Shown: positions 9,511 through 17,204 of the stretch, piece by piece | How the letters are laid out: each line of letters starts with the position of its first letter | Position numbering within the stretch: position 1 is the stretch's first letter | Assembly: GCA_964597895.1 (NCBI GenBank) | Contig: CAZQZS010000005.1 | Span: 1-52,723, forward strand | From: an uncultured Candidatus Saccharibacteria bacterium | GTDB lineage: Bacteria; Patescibacteriota; Doudnabacteria; UBA920 | DNA: 52,723 bases | Reading direction: 5' to 3' | Notes under the pieces: generated by a model | What the model was told of the DNA's origin: nothing | Databases searched by the model: none | Seen by the model: the letters and a program-made list of their open reading frames with translations, nothing else | Program-made: the position numbers and the translations under genes

Positions 9511-10545
9511 ATGCCAATCCAGAAAACTAACCAAAGAGTAAATATCAACGACCGCCGTGTTATTAACGGAAAAGATGCCGACGTAATTCAGCTTTACCCA
9601 ATGAAGCATAAGTTTGCTTGGGAGTCGTATCTTGCAGCTAACGCCAACCACTGGTTGCCGACAGAAATCGGCATGCAGCTGGACATTGAGCAATGGAAGA
9701 GCCCAAACGTACTATCTGCTGATGAGCGTCAGGCTTTTGAAACCGTGCTCGGCTTCTTTACCACAGCTGATTCAATCGCTGCCAACAATATTGTGATGGC
9801 AGCGTACAAACACGTTACCTCACCAGAGGTTCGTATGTATTTGCTGCGACAAGCTTTCGAAGAGGCTATTCACACGCATGCTTACCAATACATTGTAGAA
9901 AGCCTTGGTATGGACGAAGGCAAAATCTTTAACATGTATCGGGAAATTGATTCAATCTATAACAAAGCTTCTTTTGTGCTTACCTTCAACGAGGGAATCT
10001 TTAATCCTGATTTTAAGACCGGCACATTGGAAGCTGACCAAAAGTTCGTGGAGAATATTGTTGTTTTCTCACTGATCATGGAAGGCATCTTTTTCTACAG
10101 TGCTTTTGCAGTCATGTTCGGTTTTCAGCGCCAAAAGAAAATGGTGGGCAGTGCAGAGCAGATTCAGTACATCATGCGCGACGAGTCTATGCACTTAAAC
10201 TTTGGCATTTGGCTGATTAACACTATCCGCGAGGAACAGCCAGAAATTTGGACGCCGGAATTCCAGCAGCATATTGTTGATTTGGTCAAAGAAGCAGCTG
10301 TGCTAGAGTATACCTTCGCCCAGACCGTATTCCCTAAAGGTATCTTTGGCATGAATGCCGAGGGCTTTAGGCAGTACATTGAACACATCGCCGACCGTCG
10401 CCTTAACAGCATCGGCTTGCCAGCCCAGTTTAACGTGGCCAACCCATTCCCTTGGATGAGTGAAGCAGTAGACTTAAGCAAAGAAAAGAATTTCTTCGAA
10501 ACCCGCGTAATAGAGTATCAAACTGGCGGAACCTTAGATTGGTAA
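9511..10545 (+). CDS. nrdB: Ribonucleoside-diphosphate reductase class Ia beta subunit
   Basis: ADS, EEAIHTHAY (radical Tyr present), MEGIFF, RDESMH metal ligands; NFFETRVIEY tail. Confidence 0.97.
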   Translation: MPIQKTNQRVNINDRRVINGKDADVIQLYPMKHKFAWESYLAANANHWLPTEIGMQLDIEQWKSPNVLSADERQAFETVLGFFTTADSIAANNIVMAAYKHVTSPEVRMYLLRQAFEEAIHTHAYQYIVESLGMDEGKIFNMYREIDSIYNKASFVLTFNEGIFNPDFKTGTLEADQKFVENIVVFSLIMEGIFFYSAFAVMFGFQRQKKMVGSAEQIQYIMRDESMHLNFGIWLINTIREEQPEIWTPEFQQHIVDLVKEAAVLEYTFAQTVFPKGIFGMNAEGFRQYIEHIADRRLNSIGLPAQFNVANPFPWMSEAVDLSKEKNFFETRVIEYQTGGTLDW

Positions 10546-10762
10546 AATAACGCCCCAGCTTGGCTAGGGCTGTAAATTTGCTATAATATCATTACTTTCC
10601 TGACTCCTTGGAAAGTTAAATTTGAAGTAGGATTATCATTTGCAGTCAGTGATGGAGTATTTGTGGTACGCTGAAGTCTCTGACAATCGGTCTTTGGACA
10701 CCAAACCCAAAGTCAATAATGCTGCAGAACCCATTTGTTCTGTCTCATTAGTTCGATGCCTT

Positions 10763-10794
10763 AAACACCCTTGAGAGGCCGAGGGTGTTTTCTT
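10763..10794 (+). terminator. Intrinsic terminator
   Basis: AACACCCT-loop-AGGGTGTT followed by TTCTTT. Confidence 0.65.
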
Positions 10795-10797
10795 TAC

Positions 10798-10826
10798 TTG
10801 AAAATCTTTCAGCAAACAGATATAAT
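10798..10826 (+). promoter_or_regulatory. sigma70-type promoter for 42-aa ORF
   Basis: TTGAAA-17 nt-TATAAT. Confidence 0.65.
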
Positions 10827-10852
10827 TGATTACCAGTTTAGCGGAGGTATTT

Positions 10853-10981
10853 ATGACAAAATTGAACGACTGTTTGGAGATGGTGTATAACTGTTTCCAT
10901 TTTCTGTGGTTTTCCATAATACATCCCGTGGTGGCTTTCCGCCACACGGTCCGTATTTGGAAGATGTTCCAAGGTTTATAA
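10853..10981 (+). CDS. Small 42-aa protein (not in ORF track)
   Basis: MTKLNDCLEMVYNCFHFLWFSIIHPVVAFRHTVRIWKMFQGL; GGAGGT SD at 10843-10848, own promoter and terminator. Confidence 0.6.
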   Translation: MTKLNDCLEMVYNCFHFLWFSIIHPVVAFRHTVRIWKMFQGL

Positions 10982-11010
10982 AAAAAGACAGCTCTCAGAG
11001 CTGTTTTTAT
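10981..11010. terminator. Bidirectional intrinsic terminator
   Basis: A6-G-ACAGCTCT-C-AGAGCTGT-TTTT between convergent genes. Confidence 0.75.
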
Positions 11011-11020
11011 TTTTAGTTGG

Positions 11021-11503
11021 TTATTCGTCTGCGAACATTTTTTCTAGGTCGCTAGTTACGTTGATGTCCGTGGTCTTTATGAGCCTAATAAAGTAATGCT
11101 TAGCAAGCTCATTGAGTTCTTGTTCAATTTCCGGCGCAAGGGTATAGGGAGAGATCCAAATACTATTTTGCCATTTCATGAATCCTAAAGAAACTAATTT
11201 AGCACGGATTACATTTCTAACCTGACGTTGTTTTTCTGGGATATCAAAGATAACTAGTTTCCAAATACCATCGCGTTCTTTGGCGATGGTGTGCATTAAG
11301 ATATTTGCTTCATCGCTGACCCTATAACGGTCATTCTCAAGTTCTACTACACCTTGGCTGTTTAAACGGAACATCGTGTCGTAAATCTTTTTTTTACTGG
11401 CTTGATGCCCGAACTCTTCGTAGAGCTGGTGCAGCATCTGGGGACCGCGCTCTTTGAGCAGCAGGAGAATCTCTTGAGAAAATTTTGCTAGAGGTCTAGG
11501 CAT
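11021..11503 (-). CDS. PaaX-like transcriptional regulator (wHTH plus Cas2-like ferredoxin-fold domain)
   Basis: N-terminal winged HTH-like segment; WKLVIFDIPEKQRQVRNVIRAKLVSLGFMKWQNSIWISPY. Confidence 0.75.
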   Translation of the reverse strand: MPRPLAKFSQEILLLLKERGPQMLHQLYEEFGHQASKKKIYDTMFRLNSQGVVELENDRYRVSDEANILMHTIAKERDGIWKLVIFDIPEKQRQVRNVIRAKLVSLGFMKWQNSIWISPYTLAPEIEQELNELAKHYFIRLIKTTDINVTSDLEKMFADE

Positions 11504-11575
11504 AAATCAAAACTAACTTAATTGCGCGTAGATTCATCATACATTTTAATTTTCTGTCCCGTCAAGTATAAAAAG

Positions 11576-11681
11576 TTTACCCGCACACCTTTACTGATGA
11601 TTATATAAAGAAGAGGTACTGATATCAGTCAATGGTCATTAGATTAACCTAGCTTTAGGTTGGAAAAGGTGTGCGGGTAAA
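11576..11681. repeat. 17-bp perfect inverted repeat pair
   Basis: TTTACCCGCACACCTTT (11576-11592) / AAAGGTGTGCGGGTAAA (11665-11681). Confidence 0.85.
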
Positions 11682-11700
11682 ACCAGTTGACAATTCTTCT

Positions 11701-11866
11701 GTGAAGGATTTCCCGAAAATATTTTTTTAGCGAAATTTACTACTTTTGAGCTAGTTTGATCAAAGAAATTTTGACGTTTAGTTAGTAACTAAACGGAGAA
11801 ATTTTTTGGCCAAGATAGTCGAAAGTTCGTAAATTGCAGCACAAAATATTTTTGGAAAGGTTTCAC
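11701..11866. repeat. 166-nt imperfect palindrome
   Basis: Centre CGTTTAGTTA-G-TAACTAAACG (11775-11795); arms pair out to GTGAA/TTCAC with several G-U pairs. Confidence 0.75.
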
Positions 11867-11928
11867 TTTAAGTTAACAAATATGTTATAATTATTTCAAC
11901 GTTAAAGGTAAGAAATAAACATCAAGCT

Positions 11929-12891
11929 TTGAATTCAGACACAACAGACAATCAATTCCCGCATCGGATCTCGTTATCTCAGGCCGCAGCTCTGAGCGGC
12001 TACCACCAAGACTATCTTGGCCAGCTTTGCCGGATGGGCAAGATTAAAGCGTCTAAAATTGGACGCAATTGGTATACTACTCAAAGCGAACTTCAGTCCT
12101 TACTTAGTTTCACCGACGCAATAGAAGAAGAAACTAACAGCTTTAATAGTCAAGTTGACGACGAAGAAGACAAGGGTCTGTTTGATTTTCGGGTGCGCGA
12201 GCAAGATAATGCAGCCCGCCTAGATGGCGTGAAAGCAGCGGTGGTTTCGGATATTTCGCTTGACAAAAAATCAACTCCTTCTGTTGTTGAAGAAATTCAA
12301 GTTCAGCAAAAAATTGAACCAATCATCGCTAAGCCAGTTGTGATGGATAACTATGTGATTAGCGAAGTGGATGGAATTCCTATTCGGCTTGCAGTAGAGA
12401 ATGCAGCCCGCCAGCACCATACTATTCAATCTTTGGTCACTAGATTAAAATTAGATTCTTTGCGCAGCGAAGTATTACAAGTGTCAGAGGTTGTGCAGAC
12501 TATGTCAGACGAGTTAGCGCAGGTTAAAGAATTGGTTGCCAAGCACGACCAGGTTTTGCGCCACCGCAAAGATTTAGCTACCAGTTACGCTGCTAGTATT
12601 GATATGTTCCCTAAGCGTGCCGAACAAGAATCCGAGCTCCTATCTTTAGAGGACAATTCAGCTCCTGTCCAGGTGAGAGTTTGGCAGGTTTGGGCCGCCC
12701 CTGCATTTGCAACGCTGCTGGTCGCAGTGGCCACGGGGTGGCTTTTACTTACTAACCTGCCTTCCGGTCACGGTTCATTGAGTACAATAAAATACCAACC
12801 TTTGGTAGGTATTCAGCAGGGTAGTGTAGCTGGGGATAACATAGGTAGTTTTGAGGCAGACGGAAGTGCTAGTATCAATATAGAACCCTAA
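11929..12891 (+). CDS. Excisionase-like HTH protein with coiled coil and C-terminal membrane anchor
   Basis: ISLSQAAALSGYHQDYLGQLCRMGKIKASKIGRNWY; heptad-like middle; APAFATLLVAVATGWLLL. Confidence 0.7.
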   Translation: MNSDTTDNQFPHRISLSQAAALSGYHQDYLGQLCRMGKIKASKIGRNWYTTQSELQSLLSFTDAIEEETNSFNSQVDDEEDKGLFDFRVREQDNAARLDGVKAAVVSDISLDKKSTPSVVEEIQVQQKIEPIIAKPVVMDNYVISEVDGIPIRLAVENAARQHHTIQSLVTRLKLDSLRSEVLQVSEVVQTMSDELAQVKELVAKHDQVLRHRKDLATSYAASIDMFPKRAEQESELLSLEDNSAPVQVRVWQVWAAPAFATLLVAVATGWLLLTNLPSGHGSLSTIKYQPLVGIQQGSVAGDNIGSFEADGSASINIEP

Positions 12892-12894
12892 CTT

Positions 12895-13428
12895 ATGAAA
12901 TCAATTATTTGGAAAATTGGCGCTGCCGCCACTGTCATGCTCGGATCGCTCGGTCCTCACGTTGCTCATGGCCATTGGACGCAAGTCGCCCCAGTTGCAG
13001 AAGTAGAAAAGCAATCTGGCCCAGCTTTGGAAGTTATGAGTCTTAATCTAGGCACTGATATTACAGTTACAGAGACAGCGCAGTGCGGTGCGTCGGCTTT
13101 AAATATAGAGCGAATAGATTTAATGCTCTGGCATAACTGTAATTTTAGTATTAAACTCGGCCAGATTAGCGCGCCTCAGCTTACAGTGGTTACAGAGCTA
13201 CCAAATTTACCATCAATAAAGATATTCCGCTCTGAGCCAAACCAACTTACTGACCATTCTGAGTTTTGGACTGACTATAGTAAAGCCCCTGCTGCATTCC
13301 TTAATCAGATCATATTGTCAGCTATGCATCGTTATAACTCTCCGGATTATTTAGTGACTTCTAGCTATACTCAATCATTGGCTGTAGTCAATAACAGTAC
13401 CCAAACGCATATCGTGATGCGTTGCTGA
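12895..13428 (+). CDS. Putative secreted hypothetical protein
   Basis: Basic-hydrophobic N-terminus; adjacent to and co-oriented with upstream gene. Confidence 0.55.
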   Translation: MKSIIWKIGAAATVMLGSLGPHVAHGHWTQVAPVAEVEKQSGPALEVMSLNLGTDITVTETAQCGASALNIERIDLMLWHNCNFSIKLGQISAPQLTVVTELPNLPSIKIFRSEPNQLTDHSEFWTDYSKAPAAFLNQIILSAMHRYNSPDYLVTSSYTQSLAVVNNSTQTHIVMRC

Positions 13429-13473
13429 TTCACGATTGGAGGACAGGTTTAATTAATTAATATTATATTTATC

Positions 13474-14043
13474 ATGAATGATGAAATTCGGGTTGGTGGC
13501 GGCCCTGAGCGCCAAATGAATTCCGGTATGCGTGGGGTTCCCCGCAACAACATGCCTTGGGTTATCCTCGCTGTAGTTGTATTATTAGTAATCGTTGGGG
13601 CTGTATTGTTCCGTGACAAATTATTCCCTAGCCAGAGCGGGGATCAAGACGGTACCGCACAAGAAGAAACTCTTTCTGGCTATCAAGCAGTTTTCTTGAC
13701 CAACGGACAGGTTTATTTTGGTAAGTTGTCTGATGTGAGCGCTACTTACGCAACTTTAAATGACATTTATTATCTTCAGGTAACTCAGCCTCCTTTGCAG
13801 GGCTCCCAACCAGAGGGCACACCACAGCAACAGCCACAGCTTTCTTTGGTAAAGCTTGGTCAAGAGCTTCATGGTCCAGTTGATGAAATGAAGATAAACC
13901 GCGAACAGATTCTCTTCTACGAAGACATTAAGGAAGATGGTCGGGTGATGCAAGCAATTCGCGAATACCAAAAGAATCCGCCAGCTAACAACCAGCAATC
14001 TGGTCAGCAGCAACAGGCTCCAGCTACTCAGCCACAACGCTAA
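13474..14043 (+). CDS. Membrane-anchored conserved hypothetical protein (YQAVFLxNGQVYFGKL type)
   Basis: One TM helix, YQAVFLTNGQVYFGKL and LVKLGQELHGP motifs recalled from CPR proteins, Gln-rich tail. Confidence 0.75.
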   Translation: MNDEIRVGGGPERQMNSGMRGVPRNNMPWVILAVVVLLVIVGAVLFRDKLFPSQSGDQDGTAQEETLSGYQAVFLTNGQVYFGKLSDVSATYATLNDIYYLQVTQPPLQGSQPEGTPQQQPQLSLVKLGQELHGPVDEMKINREQILFYEDIKEDGRVMQAIREYQKNPPANNQQSGQQQQAPATQPQR

Positions 14044-14053
14044 ACGCAAGTTT

Positions 14054-14078
14054 AAAACCTCCCGCAAGGGAGGTTTTA
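14054..14078 (+). terminator. Intrinsic terminator
   Basis: AAAACCTCCC-GCAA-GGGAGGTTTT. Confidence 0.75.
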
Positions 14079-14103
14079 ATTTACCAAGCAAACCCAGGTA
14101 ATA

Positions 14104-14130
14104 AAAACCCCGGCATAGGGCCGGGGTTTT
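14104..14130 (-). terminator. Intrinsic terminator of infC-rpmI-rplT
   Basis: AAAACCCCGG/CCGGGGTTTT stem directly after rplT stop. Confidence 0.7.
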
Positions 14131-14133
14131 GAT

Positions 14134-14481
14134 TTATTTGCTGAGGTCGTTGACCATTTTGTCAAAACCAGCTGGGGCTTTGATAGCCATTTCGGAAAGC
14201 ATTTTACGGTTAACAGTAACACCTTCTTTTTTGAGAACCGCTGCGAACTTGCTCCATGTGGTGCCGTTTTCGCGGAGGGCAGCTCCCAAGCGGACTAGCC
14301 AGAGGGCGCGCTGATCGCGCTTCTTATTGCGACGATCGCGGTAAGCGTAGCTTTCTGCCTTGAGCAAAGCTTCACGAGCTTGGCGCAAGTTGGTGGAACG
14401 ACGGTTATCGAAGCCTTTAGCTCGCTTAAGAATATTTTTACGGCGCTTAGTATGGGCAACGCCGCGTTTAACTCTTGTCAT
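14134..14481 (-). CDS. rplT: 50S ribosomal protein L20
   Basis: MTRVKRG...KKILKRAKG-like, YAYRDRRNKKRD, NRKMLSEMA. Confidence 0.97.
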   Translation of the reverse strand: MTRVKRGVAHTKRRKNILKRAKGFDNRRSTNLRQAREALLKAESYAYRDRRNKKRDQRALWLVRLGAALRENGTTWSKFAAVLKKEGVTVNRKMLSEMAIKAPAGFDKMVNDLSK

Positions 14482-14496
14482 ATATTAGAAATAAAA

Positions 14497-14691
14497 TTAC
14501 TTATGGATGATAAGGGTCTTTACACGGCGGTTAGCAGGGCTAAGTTCGGTGTCGCGACGCTTATTTTTGGAGACTTTACCGGTTTCACGGGTGTTGAAAT
14601 GATCCTGTCCGCTGGTGCGGTGCAGAATTTTTCCGGTTTTGGTCTTGCGGAACCGCTTGGCAGTTCCTTGGTGAGTTTTCAATTTAGGCAT
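14497..14691 (-). CDS. rpmI: 50S ribosomal protein L35
   Basis: MPKLKTHQGTAKRFRKTKTGKI; position between infC and rplT. Confidence 0.96.
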   Translation of the reverse strand: MPKLKTHQGTAKRFRKTKTGKILHRTSGQDHFNTRETGKVSKNKRRDTELSPANRRVKTLIIHK

Positions 14692-14724
14692 CTTATATAT
14701 AGTTAAGAACTTTGAAGTTCTCTG

Positions 14725-15231
14725 TTATTTAGTAGGGGCTAAGGTCATGCTTATGGTATTCCCAGCTTTCTTTGGAGCAACCTCTACCCGATAGGGGGCG
14801 GTTAAAGCTTGCTTAAAAGTTTCTAATTGCTGGTTGGCGACATCCAAGAAGGCCTGTTCGCGACCGCGCATGCGCAGTTCTAGCTTGACCCAGTCACCGT
14901 CTTGCAAAAATTCATCGGCGTGTTTGGCTTTAGTGGCAATATCGTGCGAAGCGATTTTGGCACTCAACCGGATAGTCTTAACTTCAACTTTCTTTACACG
15001 CTTTTTTTGTTGCTGCTCAAGCTTTTTTTGCTGGTATTTAAACTTATCAAAGCTGATCAGTTTTACTACTGGAGGTTTAGCGCCTGGTGAAATTTCCACT
15101 AGGTCTAGACCGTGTTCCTCGCCTAAAGCGAGCGCTTGAGCAATCGGCATCACACCCAGCTGCTCACCTTGATCATTCAAGAGGCGGATTTCAGGGGCGG
15201 TAATTTGCCGATTAATTCTGGTTTTTTGCAA
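14725..15231 (-). CDS. infC: Translation initiation factor IF-3
   Basis: RINRQITAPEIRL, GLDLVEISPGAKPPVVKL, DFKYQQKK-like, GDWVKLELRMRGRE; non-ATG (TTG) start. Confidence 0.96.
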   Translation of the reverse strand: MQKTRINRQITAPEIRLLNDQGEQLGVMPIAQALALGEEHGLDLVEISPGAKPPVVKLISFDKFKYQQKKLEQQQKKRVKKVEVKTIRLSAKIASHDIATKAKHADEFLQDGDWVKLELRMRGREQAFLDVANQQLETFKQALTAPYRVEVAPKKAGNTISMTLAPTK

Positions 15232-15354
15232 ATTCTTTAGTTGATTACTAACCTTAACTAGGCTAAATTATAGCTTTTCTTGCTGATTTTGTCAAAACCG
15301 CTGATTGTATGAGATAATATAGAAAGATTTTCCCTAAAACATTCAGAAACAAAA

Positions 15355-16725
15355 ATGACAGGCAAAGAAATAATTACCGAAGTTGCCGAAGCTCCGGCTA
15401 AGGCGCTAGAGTCGGCTATGCTGCAAAGCCAGCACGCGTTGCATAGCATCAACAAGCCACTGCGCGAAGCTGAGGACTATTGGTATTCCTTGGGCCCTGG
15501 GATCACCACCGGCGCTTCTGACGATGATCCATCTGGAATCGCCACTTATTCTCAGGCGGGCGCTATGTTTGGCTATTCTTTGTTGTGGCTGGCTCCGCTC
15601 ACATTCCCGCTTATGGTGGCTGTGCAGGAAATGTGCGCCCGCATCGGTTTGGCTACAGGCAAGGGTCTTGCCGCCAATATTCGCTCACAATATCGCTTGG
15701 GGGTGCTGTATGTTCTGACCGGCATTTTATTTGTTACCAACACTTTTAACATCGGTGCAGATCTGGGCGCCATGGCAGCAGCCGGACAGCTGATTTTTCC
15801 TTCTTTCAACTTTATTACTTTTCTCGCTTTGTTTACTATTGTTAGTCTGGGGATGCAGATCTTTGTTTCGTATGCCAACTACGCTAGATTTTTAAAATAT
15901 CTTACGCTTGTTTTGTTCCTCTATGTGCTGACCGCCTTAACACTGGACAACCTTCCCTGGAATGAAATTTGGCGGAACACGATTTTGCCAAACATTACAT
16001 GGTCTAAAAGCATCATCATAATGATTTGCGCGATTCTTGGAACCACAATTTCGCCGTACTTATTTTTTTGGCAGACTGCCTCGGAGGTGGAAGCGCGCAA
16101 ACAGGAAGGCCGCATCTCGCCCAAACTTCGACATCAATTAGTGACCAAAAAAGAAGTCCGGCGCATGCGCTTGGATGTTGTAGTTGGTATGTTCATCTCA
16201 AATTTAGTGATGTTCTTCATTATTGTGACTTGCGCCGCAGTGCTATTTCCTCAGGGTGTCATGGTTGAATCAGCAGAGCAGGCGGCTTTAGCTCTTCGTC
16301 CTCTGGCGGGCAATCAAGCTTACATGCTTTTTGCTCTTGGTATTATCGGCACGGGCTTGTTGGCTGTGCCAGTATTGGCGGGCAGTTCTGCTTACGCATT
16401 GGCCGAAAGCTTCAAGTGGTCTTCAGGATTAAACAAAGGCTTGAGCCATGCTCGCGCTTTTTACGGCGTCATAATCATCGCTATGTTTTTCGGCCTACTC
16501 ATGAATTTCATCGGAATTAATCCGATTGAAGCGTTGGTTTATTCCGCTGTGTTAAACGGTATTGTGGCACCGGTAATTCTGTACTTTATAGTGAAGATCA
16601 GCTCGGACAAGAATATAATGGGCAAATGGGTAAACCGTTCGGTCGTTACCTGGATAGGGTATGGTGTGGTCGTGCTTATGACAGTGGCGGCTCTCGGCGC
16701 TATAGCTGCCTTAATTGAGCTTTGA
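15355..16725 (+). CDS. NRAMP-family divalent metal cation transporter
   Basis: GPGITTGASDDDPSGIATYSQAGA, GTTISPYLFFWQ, about 11 TM helices. Confidence 0.9.
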   Translation: MTGKEIITEVAEAPAKALESAMLQSQHALHSINKPLREAEDYWYSLGPGITTGASDDDPSGIATYSQAGAMFGYSLLWLAPLTFPLMVAVQEMCARIGLATGKGLAANIRSQYRLGVLYVLTGILFVTNTFNIGADLGAMAAAGQLIFPSFNFITFLALFTIVSLGMQIFVSYANYARFLKYLTLVLFLYVLTALTLDNLPWNEIWRNTILPNITWSKSIIIMICAILGTTISPYLFFWQTASEVEARKQEGRISPKLRHQLVTKKEVRRMRLDVVVGMFISNLVMFFIIVTCAAVLFPQGVMVESAEQAALALRPLAGNQAYMLFALGIIGTGLLAVPVLAGSSAYALAESFKWSSGLNKGLSHARAFYGVIIIAMFFGLLMNFIGINPIEALVYSAVLNGIVAPVILYFIVKISSDKNIMGKWVNRSVVTWIGYGVVVLMTVAALGAIAALIEL

Positions 16726-16776
16726 CAACACTGTTAAGTAACAGTTAACATACTGGTACCCCAAAGGAGGTGATCT

Positions 16777-17169
16777 ATGAGCGTGCAGTCAGATTTTGAC
16801 GCCATGATTAATGTCGCAAACGTATTTCGTTTCATCGTGGTTTGTGCCAGAAATTTTTTCTTGGGTGGCTCTGACGGGACCTTATCTCATGTTTATCCAG
16901 TTTGGGTGCCGCTCAGCAACCAAATTCAAAAGCAGTTACAGGTCTTAAGTGACAGAGAGCTAGACATGCTGGATGATATACTGGAGGGTGTTGGAGTTCG
17001 CCAGGGAAAGGAACTTAAGATTGAGTTGGACGACAATGGAATTTGGTTTATGACAATTAGTCCCATACTCCCAGACTTTGACCCTGGTCCGGATGACGAC
17101 GACACTGATCCTAGACCTGAATATGAGGAGCCTAAAGTTTTGAAAGCAATGGCCGCTGGAACGCACTAA
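16777..17169 (+). CDS. Hypothetical protein with acidic C-terminus
   Basis: AAGGAGGTGA SD at 16764-16773, TTGACA at 16722, terminator downstream. Confidence 0.7.
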   Translation: MSVQSDFDAMINVANVFRFIVVCARNFFLGGSDGTLSHVYPVWVPLSNQIQKQLQVLSDRELDMLDDILEGVGVRQGKELKIELDDNGIWFMTISPILPDFDPGPDDDDTDPRPEYEEPKVLKAMAAGTH

Positions 17170-17174
17170 CAATT

Positions 17175-17204
17175 GAACCCGAGAAAATTCTCGGGTTCGT
17201 TTTT
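17175..17204. terminator. Intrinsic terminator between convergent genes
   Basis: GAACCCGAGA-AAAT-TCTCGGGTTC-GTTTTT. Confidence 0.75.

Noticed and set aside
9511-10545. Unusual RNR beta class (Ic or metal-free Ie)
   Set aside because: Asp ligand, both ExxH motifs, the MEG glutamate and the radical Tyr are all present, consistent with class Ia
10652-10774. 40-aa ORF MEYLWYAE... as a gene
   Set aside because: No SD, not leaderless, stop codon inside the terminator hairpin; kept only as an alternative to the sRNA hypothesis
11021-11503. Cas2 / CRISPR locus
   Set aside because: The FDIPE motif fits the PaaX-like regulators often mislabelled Cas2; an N-terminal wHTH is present; I found no cas1 and no repeat-spacer array in the window
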